Virus record (IMG/VR): IMGVR_UViG_3300035698_006513
Reading direction: 5' to 3' (one strand)
Source of the DNA: a virus
DNA length: 64,000 nucleotides
In this document: piece by piece, positions 55,167 to 64,000 of the stretch
Layout: each line of letters opens with the position of its first letter
How positions within the stretch are numbered: position 1 is the first letter of the stretch
The notes under the pieces: model-generated
Told to the model about the DNA's origin: nothing
The model's database searches: none
What the model saw: the letters and a program-made list of their open reading frames with translations, nothing else
Made by a program: the position numbers and the translations under genes

Positions 55167-58100
55167 TATGTCCTCCTAACATCAGAAAGCACACCATCGT
55201 GTACAATAAAAGCAGAGTTCCTTCCCGGAGAAATTCTATCCAGTGACCTGTCTACTTCTATAGTGCGGTCTAACCCCCACACGATACCCACCAACTGTAG
55301 AGGCCCTGTTATATCTGAAACGTTATACTTACGGAATTGTTTTATTATGTTGAATACCGTGAGGTCTTCTTCTGGTGGAAGATTCTCTATGTAACGTTTC
55401 AGTGCGATGCGTATGACGGCTTCGGATGACCCCTCTGTGTAATCAGTGTTCATATACACAAACGTTGGTACAAGATGTCTTATCAGGGGGTCGGAGCATA
55501 TAACTCTGTGTGCGGACCTCATAAAGGCACTCATGTCGTTTATGAGGTCAGGATTGTTGTATAGGATACGAATACCACTACCTTGCAGCAGTGTCCTATT
55601 TGTTTTGTACGCAGGTAGCCCTGTCTCTAAGAATCTTCGAGTAAAACGTATATGCAGATCCTCTTGATTAGAGAATGAAAGATTCTCGTTTGCAGACTCC
55701 ATATACCACCCTTCTTTGTAGAATGAACTGGTCATATCGAGTCCCAATTTAGTGCCTGCGTCGAGATTGTACGCAGAACCCAGACCTAGAGAGTTCATTT
55801 CTATATCAACATAGTAGAATGGGCTGTTTACGTTATCTTCTATTGATGTTGCGTCTATACCCTGTGTTCCGGGATTGACGATCTTGAACTGCACGCCTGC
55901 AATGGGATTTGTTAATCCTCCAGGGGACACCGTCAATATGTCATTACCTACGTGCGTGACGGTTTGATAAGATGATATGCTGGCATCTGGTCCAGAGTAT
56001 ATGTACAGCCTGTTACCAACCTCTACACCTAACGCGTTGAAATCACTACCGACCAACTGAACCTGTGTAGCACCTATTTGGTCTAGGGTGGATGGTAATA
56101 CTGTTGTCGCAGGATCAGGCACTATTTGGTAATCGAAATCTGTAAACCCGGGTTCAAATTCATACACAGGTCCTCCGGCAGACGCTTGGTACGAAAACAA
56201 CGTACCCTCTCTGTATAAAGCATTAACCTCATCGTAATGAGAGGAGAACGCCTCGAACGAAACCTTATCTAGAAAATACAACCTGGCTGTACCTACAGAA
56301 GGTGCGCCCAAGTTAAACACATCTGTCGTAGAGGTTGCTGTCATAGGTTTGTCAACACGCACCGAGGAGCCTGTAACAATTTCCGTAACCCTGTAATAAC
56401 CTTTATTATCTCCTGCAGTGACTACTATCCGGTCGTCAACAGCAGGACTAACAGCAGAGAAGTCAGCAGATGATACCAATGTAGAAGACACCGTGGTGTT
56501 GAGTACACCATCTTCAATCTTGGGGGAAACTCCTAGATTTGAAAAGGCGTCAATAATACGCACGTCCACGGGGTATGCGTAAGGAATAACAGAACCTGTA
56601 GGTCGCCCTGTGGAATCTATGAGCTGTATATCTTTGATCTCACGTACAGGAAGCGTGATAGGTGTGTACCTATTAACAATCTTATACGACATGTTTGCAT
56701 CATCAGCTGGCATAGCTTGACCTACATATAGAGATGTGGCGCTTATTATCCCCGCTACTGTGTACGACCCTACATTATCGCCACCCTCAATTATTACGTC
56801 ATGCCCCAATGCCACCCCTAGCGCTGTGAAATCTTTAGTAAGATCAGTAATGATATTATGTCCGTGTAGTCCAGACATTCCAGAGGATCTCACAATGACC
56901 CTAAATGGGGTTGCGGTGCTAACGTCAATATCATCATCGGCGACTACAGACCACTGAACGTTAACCGCTGTAGCCGTCAATCCAGTAGCAGGTGCGTCTA
57001 GTCGCACGTAATATAGTGGCCCTGCTGTATGTTTCTCTAGTACAGTATATGTACCTGTGTCTGACCCCGCGTATATGTAGATAACATCCCACACATTGAT
57101 TGCATTCCAATCTACCACATTAGTAATTTCTGCAGACGTACTGCCTGCCGATGTACTCATAGTGTCCTTTATTACATCGGGATCTGCGTCTTCCGTCACA
57201 GGTAGTGCCCAACTTAACTCTTGCACAGTTCTAGGTACGGTATATAGGTCAATGGCACCCGCACCAACATGTACGCTGTTTCCTGGTACTACAATATTAC
57301 CGTCCGGTGTATTTGGTCGGAGTATGCCTCCGGGTATACCATCTAAAGATAACGTACCCGACTGACCGCCGCTATATGTGACCCCAACTTTGCTCGATAA
57401 ATTAGCACTCCCTCCTACATCAAGAAGGAACAAGCTGTACATATCACTGGCAATGGAGAGTATCTCAATCTCACTCTCATCCCCAAGCACAATAGAGTCT
57501 GAATGCCAATAAATACCTTGTTCGCTACCATTAACCCAAGGAGTAACTAAGTAGCTGTTTCCGCCTGCACCAAGCCATGCTGTGTTTATTGCCCCTGCGA
57601 TGTCAAACACGTTAGTGTAGGCAGCTATAGGTATAAAGAAGCTAGAAGAGTATGCGTCTGTGCGCACATTAGCAAAGTGATTTGCGGGAGTTACCGTAAA
57701 GGGGAACTGCACCCATGTCTGTATCTGCGCACGGAAATCACCATTTGCTGTGATTATATCCCTCTGCATCTCAGGGTCGTTCCTACCTACAGCCATAACC
57801 AGCCGCAGCTGTCCCTCAAACTCCTTACCCAGTGTGTGGGCAATACCTAAATCCGATACCAATGAAGCCTGTGACTGAGCAGCGGCAGCTCGTACTAGGA
57901 GCTCGTCGTTAGAGTCTTGGTTAGCGCCAAAAGATGCCCTAGAAGTATTGGTTACACGGATGTACTGCAACCCATCAACAGACGCGATAGAGTTTTGCGT
58001 AATATTGTATTGCTCTCCCGGTTCTGCAGCTACGTAGGTGAGATCCCAGTAGTAATAAGACCCTTCTTTCTGGAGAGACATTTGAGTCTTGGATATTCGC

Positions 58101-58591
58101 TGCACTTGTGTAGGAATAAACACTAGGCCGCTATTAGCCCTAGCTAGGTTGTCGGGCTGCACCTCTTCATCCATTGGGGCGGATTTGTACACGCGTATGC
58201 GTATGTATGCAAACTCTCCGGGATCCCTGACAATAAAACGGTTTGCAGAGAATGCGTCTATATCACCGTCCGTCATAACCTTTTGATTTAACAGTGATTG
58301 TACTACGCCTAATCGATGAACCTCTCTACGGTAGGGTTCCAGTAAAACTTGCCCGCCTTTGTCTAAAATGTCCTCCAAGAACGTACCATCTCTAATGTCC
58401 AGTCCCAGTTCCTGCTGCATCCGTGTACGGATAAACTTGCTGATATTAGCCGCATAAGGATCGTGATTAAGTGCCTCCAGCATGGGGTTTATTACATCCA
58501 CTACAATAGGCGAGTCATCCGCTAAATCTATTGTGGGATCGTGTTCGCGGATAAGTTTAAGAAGTAGTTGCTTATAATTTATTTCGCTCAT
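55166..58591 (-). CDS. Baseplate J-like protein (expanded)
   Basis: IDAFSANRFIVRDPG, AAEPGEQYNI, GANQDSNDELLVR baseplate-J-like motifs. Confidence 0.75.
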   Translation of the reverse strand: MSEINYKQLLLKLIREHDPTIDLADDSPIVVDVINPMLEALNHDPYAANISKFIRTRMQQELGLDIRDGTFLEDILDKGGQVLLEPYRREVHRLGVVQSLLNQKVMTDGDIDAFSANRFIVRDPGEFAYIRIRVYKSAPMDEEVQPDNLARANSGLVFIPTQVQRISKTQMSLQKEGSYYYWDLTYVAAEPGEQYNITQNSIASVDGLQYIRVTNTSRASFGANQDSNDELLVRAAAAQSQASLVSDLGIAHTLGKEFEGQLRLVMAVGRNDPEMQRDIITANGDFRAQIQTWVQFPFTVTPANHFANVRTDAYSSSFFIPIAAYTNVFDIAGAINTAWLGAGGNSYLVTPWVNGSEQGIYWHSDSIVLGDESEIEILSIASDMYSLFLLDVGGSANLSSKVGVTYSGGQSGTLSLDGIPGGILRPNTPDGNIVVPGNSVHVGAGAIDLYTVPRTVQELSWALPVTEDADPDVIKDTMSTSAGSTSAEITNVVDWNAINVWDVIYIYAGSDTGTYTVLEKHTAGPLYYVRLDAPATGLTATAVNVQWSVVADDDIDVSTATPFRVIVRSSGMSGLHGHNIITDLTKDFTALGVALGHDVIIEGGDNVGSYTVAGIISATSLYVGQAMPADDANMSYKIVNRYTPITLPVREIKDIQLIDSTGRPTGSVIPYAYPVDVRIIDAFSNLGVSPKIEDGVLNTTVSSTLVSSADFSAVSPAVDDRIVVTAGDNKGYYRVTEIVTGSSVRVDKPMTATSTTDVFNLGAPSVGTARLYFLDKVSFEAFSSHYDEVNALYREGTLFSYQASAGGPVYEFEPGFTDFDYQIVPDPATTVLPSTLDQIGATQVQLVGSDFNALGVEVGNRLYIYSGPDASISSYQTVTHVGNDILTVSPGGLTNPIAGVQFKIVNPGTQGIDATSIEDNVNSPFYYVDIEMNSLGLGSAYNLDAGTKLGLDMTSSFYKEGWYMESANENLSFSNQEDLHIRFTRRFLETGLPAYKTNRTLLQGSGIRILYNNPDLINDMSAFMRSAHRVICSDPLIRHLVPTFVYMNTDYTEGSSEAVIRIALKRYIENLPPEEDLTVFNIIKQFRKYNVSDITGPLQLVGIVWGLDRTIEVDRSLDRISPGRNSAFIVHDGVLSDVRRT

Positions 58592-59247
58592 TACGACCTC
58601 ACAGCAAATATGGCTTTGTCTTCACCTACAGTTTTGACTTCTACTACAACTCGTATCCCTCGGGATAGCTTCAGTGTACGCGAAATCACTGCGGATGCTA
58701 GTTTTTCTTCTGGGGGTATAGATAGATCCTGTGCTTGTATTTTTTGTATGTACGACACTACACGGGACAATCCTAGGTTTAGGTCCGGTATCATAGAAGC
58801 ACCGTCATCAGCTGTATCTGCGTACGTCAACGCCTGCTTCCACCCACCACCTGCTTCGGGGTTCCATGCGTCTGTATTAGGGTCAGTGAATAACCACTTT
58901 ACAAGAAGCTGTACGCAGTACTGTGCTCCTGTAACTCTTGTTCCTGCGCCTATACGTAGTACTAACTTAGACGCCTGCATATCATGAGCAGAATCGCTGT
59001 ACGCTTGTACGCTAGTGATGGTTGATGTCTTAAGAATATTTGGTAGAGATACCAGCAGTTTCCCTGTACCCTTATCCTCCCAATCATTTTCTATAGACTC
59101 CCCCTCCACAACAACTTCAACCACTCTACTGAAGTCTCTACCACTAAGTAGAAGTTTACGTGGTGTGGTGGCCCCTGCGGGTACATTCTGAACAGACACG
59201 AGCGGTATCGCATCTAGTAACTGCACTATATATAAATCCATCAGCAT
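58591..59247 (-). CDS. gp25-like baseplate/sheath-initiation protein with N-terminal IPT-like domain
   Basis: VTGAQYCVQLLVKWLFT.P.TD...PE.GGG; immediately upstream of baseplate J. Confidence 0.6.
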   Translation of the reverse strand: MLMDLYIVQLLDAIPLVSVQNVPAGATTPRKLLLSGRDFSRVVEVVVEGESIENDWEDKGTGKLLVSLPNILKTSTITSVQAYSDSAHDMQASKLVLRIGAGTRVTGAQYCVQLLVKWLFTDPNTDAWNPEAGGGWKQALTYADTADDGASMIPDLNLGLSRVVSYIQKIQAQDLSIPPEEKLASAVISRTLKLSRGIRVVVEVKTVGEDKAIFAVRS

Positions 59248-59714
59248 TTACCCATCACGTTTTCGACCTCAGACCGCACGACACCAGCTACACCTTCTAC
59301 ACCCAGCTCATACGGATCTATACCTAGTTCTGGGAGTTCCAGGCTAGAAACCTCTTTTATAAGGCTAATCATATCTGTGGATACCTGCTGCAATCCGGAA
59401 ATTATATCTTTCAAATCGTTAAGATCTTCCGCAATAGATTGTCCTACTGACTTAGGTGCAGCAACGTCTTGGGTGTCTACGGTAGTCAGCATATTTCCTA
59501 TCATACGCAGGGTTTTACTTTTTAGCCCCATCTGTATGAGATCCATAGCCCCTAGGTCACCAGACGTAGCTGCGTCTATACCTGAGTCTATATCTGCACC
59601 TAAACCTGCAGATAGATTTGACAGCATCCTTCTTTCATCATCGGATAGAGGTGACCTTTCTGAGTTTAGTACTTTATTCCTCAGTGCTTCCGCGTGACTA
59701 CATTTACCTGTCAT
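59241..59714 (-). CDS. Hypothetical protein (tail module)
   Basis: Overlapping ORF within the operon. Confidence 0.6.
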   Translation of the reverse strand: MTGKCSHAEALRNKVLNSERSPLSDDERRMLSNLSAGLGADIDSGIDAATSGDLGAMDLIQMGLKSKTLRMIGNMLTTVDTQDVAAPKSVGQSIAEDLNDLKDIISGLQQVSTDMISLIKEVSSLELPELGIDPYELGVEGVAGVVRSEVENVMGKC

Positions 59715-62550
59715 CTATTTCCTCCACACTTACACTTAAGCTGTCCGGCACGTCTGTACCAATATTCAGAAGTCTCCCACCATAACGTATCATATCAGAC
59801 ATGTATCGCGCTGTATTTGCCGAAGATATACTTGTAGAGAACGCATCGCGGTATCTCCCTAGAGTGATATTCTCCAGTGTACGATCTGCGTTCTCATCTA
59901 AGAGCATCCTCCTTGCAGACTCTGTATCATCTAACTCTGCAGGAGTGTACTCAGTAAGCGCGGGCAATATACCACCAACTCCGGATAGCACATCCAACAA
60001 CAAAGCTACAGAAATAAGCGCATCGCCTACAAATACAGGTGAGTTCGTGTTCAACGCTCTGCTGATGAGATTTATCACTTGACTCATCCCATACGCACCA
60101 TTCTCCACTAAAATCAGCTTATTACTAACCCATGTTTGTAGGGATGCCTCTAGTGTAAGATATTGAGTTAGGGACTTAGACCTGATTATAAACTGCGTGG
60201 AGATGAAGTTATTGTCGACCGCGTCTTCTAGTGTCAGTACATATGTAGCTACATCTATAATGTCAGCGTTCAATGCAGGAACTACAGAACGTAGCTCATC
60301 ATTGTCTGTAATATTAGCCTCTTCTAAATCAACTAGGGCACCCTCAGCATCCAGCAGCTCAATAGTAGTGACTTTACCTCGCACTTCCCCAACAGACATA
60401 CCTAAAACAGTGAGTGCTGTGCCGCCTAATACTTCGAGTGCTGACGCAAGTGATATGTCTGAAGAAGTCAGATTCAGTGTAGACCTAATAACGTTATACT
60501 TGACCTCCGACTGATTCCCTACGGAGGCCGCTAAGAAATCTACGGCATCTAACGTTAGACTATTCAGCGCTACTACGCTAACGTGGTAGTACCCAAGGTG
60601 CGTTCCACTTTGTGTGTGCACAACATCACCAGATATTATGCCTGCTGCGACAAAATCTACTGAGGTGTCTTGTACAATTTGACTTCCTGCACTTGTGGAC
60701 AGCTGATCAGACGACAAAATAACTTCTTCTTCATGTTCCGCAATCACGCCGAAAGTAGATGTGGCCGTTATGTACTTAGCTACGTCTTCTCCAGATATAG
60801 AGTCTCCTGTACTATTAAGACCAGCGGACACACCCACAACTGTATTTGACACGTCACACATGAGCGTAGAGTTCTGACCCAAAGATGTGGATCTGAATAC
60901 GATGTACCCATTGTGTGACACAGTATCCCATGTCCCAGCGGCAACCAGGCCGTTGATAGTGGTTGACAGGTTTGCTGCAGTATAAGTAGCAGGAGGGACA
61001 CTAATAGTAGAAGATCCTGTGTCAGATGTGAAACCTAAAAACGGGTTTCCCCCTACACCTTGACCTTGTGATGTAGGAAATCCCATAGCACTCATTGGAG
61101 ATAGAGCTACAAAGTTAGCCGCTATTACACTCTCTTCTCCTGTGGTTATCTGCTGCGCCTCCGTGATGGTGATTAGCCCACCAAGTGAGGATATAGTAGC
61201 GCCGCCTGCAAGACCTAATGTCAACTCGCCTGCCCAAGTAGCGAACGCTATACCTATACCGACACTTAGAGCAACAACATACTTAGTGCTGCGTGACATA
61301 ACCGTCACTCTGTTATCTGCGTACGCGCTGTAGGTAACTGCTACATTAGTAGAAGGTACAGGTCTGTCCAGTAAAAGAGTAGTATTGTTAATCACACCCG
61401 CCACATACGCGTCTAAAACAACCGGACCAGATAGCCTAATGAAATCTCCAATGGTCAACGCTGCAACAAATGCAGCTGCAGCAGATGAAACTACCATACT
61501 GCCAGCGGTAGTAACCATGTCCGTCTGTGTAGCCTTCACTACCGTGGTGTACGGACCTACGATAGTCGCAGAAATACTCCCCTTAGTACCAGAGGTGACC
61601 ACATAATTCTCTACATTACCTGCGTACATTTCCGCAGCAGGGGCATGAGGCAGTGTAAATAGCTGCGTGTTTACTTCGTCCGATAGTAGATTCAACGTGT
61701 CTGCCGAACTATCCAGTAGGTATGGGGCAGATCTAGTAGATGGTAATGTGGCAGCGGAACTTGTACCCTGCGCCTGCGCAGTACCCGTGTCTACTTTATT
61801 GCTTATAGGAGATACATTCAACAGAATGTCATCTATCGCAGACTCCGCTAAAGTCACGTGCAAGAAATCATCCAGACCTGCATTGGCTCTATCAGAGGGT
61901 TCCGCGTCCTCGGCTTGCCATTGGATACGCGTCATCTCTTCTAGTACAGCGGCAACCACAACCTTAGCTACAGCTACATCTGCTTTGGATTCTGCCCAAG
62001 AAGTAGCGACTCCTATCAGCCCTATATAATCTTCTACTATGTCCTTCCATAGATATTTTACTTCGTCTAGTACATCAAAGATCCGACTTCTTGCTTCCGC
62101 TGCGGATAAGCGGAAGCTGCTACTCTGCATAATAGTAGGGCGTAGCTCCTCCACAAAAGCACTAACACCGGTACGCATCAAAGCCAAATCGTTATTACCC
62201 ATTCTGCCTGAGTAAGTGAGTGTGTCCTCTGCTCTTTGCAAACCTGACACGACCTGGTCAATGCTTCTAGTGGAGTCTATTGGCTGATTTGTATTGAGTG
62301 TGTCCGGGAGGGCATCCTGTATAACTTCTATGGCAATCACAAGTGCATTAACGTTAGATATTATGGAGTTGACACCTTGACGCAAAAAGTCAAACATCAC
62401 ATCAAAGTTAGTTTGGATGGACAGACCAATAACCCCCAGTAGCTGTAGGTGTCTACGTTGCTGGTCATCATCCGTAACGAATTTAACGTAATCTATGCCT
62501 GTATGGTATTTCTCCAATACAGATGTAATCATCTCTTCTGTTATAACCAT
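59704..62550 (-). CDS. Large structural tail/baseplate protein
   Basis: 948 aa; helical ends and a beta-rich repeated core. Confidence 0.6.
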   Translation of the reverse strand: MVITEEMITSVLEKYHTGIDYVKFVTDDDQQRRHLQLLGVIGLSIQTNFDVMFDFLRQGVNSIISNVNALVIAIEVIQDALPDTLNTNQPIDSTRSIDQVVSGLQRAEDTLTYSGRMGNNDLALMRTGVSAFVEELRPTIMQSSSFRLSAAEARSRIFDVLDEVKYLWKDIVEDYIGLIGVATSWAESKADVAVAKVVVAAVLEEMTRIQWQAEDAEPSDRANAGLDDFLHVTLAESAIDDILLNVSPISNKVDTGTAQAQGTSSAATLPSTRSAPYLLDSSADTLNLLSDEVNTQLFTLPHAPAAEMYAGNVENYVVTSGTKGSISATIVGPYTTVVKATQTDMVTTAGSMVVSSAAAAFVAALTIGDFIRLSGPVVLDAYVAGVINNTTLLLDRPVPSTNVAVTYSAYADNRVTVMSRSTKYVVALSVGIGIAFATWAGELTLGLAGGATISSLGGLITITEAQQITTGEESVIAANFVALSPMSAMGFPTSQGQGVGGNPFLGFTSDTGSSTISVPPATYTAANLSTTINGLVAAGTWDTVSHNGYIVFRSTSLGQNSTLMCDVSNTVVGVSAGLNSTGDSISGEDVAKYITATSTFGVIAEHEEEVILSSDQLSTSAGSQIVQDTSVDFVAAGIISGDVVHTQSGTHLGYYHVSVVALNSLTLDAVDFLAASVGNQSEVKYNVIRSTLNLTSSDISLASALEVLGGTALTVLGMSVGEVRGKVTTIELLDAEGALVDLEEANITDNDELRSVVPALNADIIDVATYVLTLEDAVDNNFISTQFIIRSKSLTQYLTLEASLQTWVSNKLILVENGAYGMSQVINLISRALNTNSPVFVGDALISVALLLDVLSGVGGILPALTEYTPAELDDTESARRMLLDENADRTLENITLGRYRDAFSTSISSANTARYMSDMIRYGGRLLNIGTDVPDSLSVSVEEIDDR

Positions 62551-63461
62551 TACACAACCGTGATTGTAAACGTGTCTACCGTGATGGCATCACTAGGGGA
62601 AACAGCAGGCGGATAGTTATTTCTTGTAGCTGTAATAGTGGCTGTTCCTTGCGATACCCCTATTATCTGTATCGTACCATTAGACTGGACAATTACAGTA
62701 GCTACTGCCACGTCACTAGATGCATATGTAATAGATTCGTTCTCAGCTGTCTGCGAATCTATGGTATTAGTCTGCCTAACAATCAAAGACGTAGAGCAGT
62801 CAGTTACACCAACACCTACAGATACAGCTGGAACAGAGAACAGGATTCTCGCAGGTCTAGGTAAGAGGAGGTTTCCTAAAGATACTGACGCTTGATCTGG
62901 CACCTCTCGTATCTTAGCAGAGAATCCGCCATCCTCCAGATCTGTAGTACCTTGCCAATCCTTGTCATAGAGTAGCGTAGGTACGTATATCATATAGGTT
63001 AGGCCACGATAAAGTTCCACATCAACCGCACCAGTTTTCTGGTCAGATTCTGTGTGCCCATCCTTTATGATCATATCACCACCGGCCAGGATGGAGTCAT
63101 CCATCGCACGGAACACCAGCCTAACTCCCTTGACCGGTGTGCCGAATGGGTCTCGAAGTATCCCCCAAACCCTACACCTCAATGCGTCTGTCGCAGTAGG
63201 TAGTGACACTACTTCGCCAGTAATATCAAATTCTGCGTCAGCAGATACGACGAGTGACCATGGTACAGGTGACCAAACAACACCTTGTTTATAAGGAGCC
63301 ACTAAATAAGAGGCATCAGGTAATGCGATGGGGCCTGCTTTCCCTGAGACATCCGTAGTAACTTCCGTAACTAACGCTCCCGCCACAGACAATACACGCA
63401 GTACTGCATTTTCTATTGGTGCGCCTAAAGGAGTCAGTGCATATAAAGATACGGTACTCAC
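62550..63461 (-). CDS. Virion protein with carboxypeptidase-regulatory-like and Big_2 Ig domains
   Basis: TTDVSGK, GILRDPFGTPV.GV, YASSDVAVATV..NGTI..VSQGTATITAT. Confidence 0.7.
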   Translation of the reverse strand: MSTVSLYALTPLGAPIENAVLRVLSVAGALVTEVTTDVSGKAGPIALPDASYLVAPYKQGVVWSPVPWSLVVSADAEFDITGEVVSLPTATDALRCRVWGILRDPFGTPVKGVRLVFRAMDDSILAGGDMIIKDGHTESDQKTGAVDVELYRGLTYMIYVPTLLYDKDWQGTTDLEDGGFSAKIREVPDQASVSLGNLLLPRPARILFSVPAVSVGVGVTDCSTSLIVRQTNTIDSQTAENESITYASSDVAVATVIVQSNGTIQIIGVSQGTATITATRNNYPPAVSPSDAITVDTFTITVV

Positions 63462-63859
63462 TGTAACTCTCCATTGATCAGCCTGTTCAGCTGCTCTAAA
63501 GTCATAGATTTCAATTTGCGTTTGGCTATTTCACTTTCTTTTACAACTCGCTCCCGTTCCTTACGCAACAATTCGTTCTTTTTCCGTATCTCTGACAATT
63601 TACCAACAGCAGCCACATCAGTTTTTTTGTATTTGTTTAGTAGCGCTTGGTTCTTCATTTCTTTTATTGTCAGACCTTGACTACGTATCGTAGTGTCTTG
63701 CCAGATGATCCGCTCCTGTGCACTTTTCAATACATTCCTGTACTGCACTCGTCTCACTACGTAATAAATACTACTCCCAATTACGTACACGGTAAGTAGA
63801 AGAACCACTAGATTTTTTTTAGCTAATTCCAATATTGACTCTAGTACTGAACGTAACAT
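63458..63859 (-). CDS. Membrane-anchored coiled-coil protein (Rz/i-spanin-like candidate)
   Basis: N-terminal TM LVVLLLTVYVIGSSIYYVV followed by a coiled coil. Confidence 0.5.
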   Translation of the reverse strand: MLRSVLESILELAKKNLVVLLLTVYVIGSSIYYVVRRVQYRNVLKSAQERIIWQDTTIRSQGLTIKEMKNQALLNKYKKTDVAAVGKLSEIRKKNELLRKERERVVKESEIAKRKLKSMTLEQLNRLINGELQ

Positions 63860-63923
63860 TGTCCTATCCTTTCATATGTAATAGCTCCTGGACACATAAT
63901 ATACGAGACGGAGGGTTTCTACA

Positions 63924-64000
63924 ATGACCAGAATAATCCTGCTAGTGATAGCATTTTTTGTTCTAGTACCTAATGTTGCACACGGAAGTACGGAGATAGG
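63924..64000 (+). CDS. Partial secreted/membrane protein running off the right edge
   Basis: GGAGGG RBS; MTRIILLVIAFFVLVPNVAHG signal-peptide-like. Confidence 0.5.
   Translation, partial: MTRIILLVIAFFVLVPNVAHGSTEI

Overview
This window is a gene-dense 64-kb segment of a large tailed dsDNA phage with a contractile tail; it contains no rRNA, tRNA or CRISPR array that I could see. The minus strand carries virion and morphogenesis genes: GpA-type terminase, portal, baseplate spike, baseplate-J, gp25-like and fibre proteins, plus several low-complexity proteins full of a K-x-A motif. Among them sits a single ~2070-aa gene fusing the beta and beta' subunits of a cellular-type RNA polymerase. The plus strand carries a replication/recombination operon (27.2-43.6 kb): an SF2 helicase with an HNH intein, a degenerate UDG, DnaB-like helicase, primase fused to an SSB-like domain, PolA split by a group I intron with an HNH gene, HU-like protein, RecA, a resolvase/Cas4-like fusion and RusA. 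Small plus-strand islands are preceded by a conserved ATAAGA-core motif. Most notable: (1) the fused RNAP with apparent phage-specific promoter and terminator signals; (2) scattered ubiquitin-pathway-like enzymes (JAB+E2-like protein ending in RGG, ThiF/E1-like protein); (3) the K-x-A motif, a probable head-protease cleavage signal. All calls come from reading motifs by eye; no database search was run.
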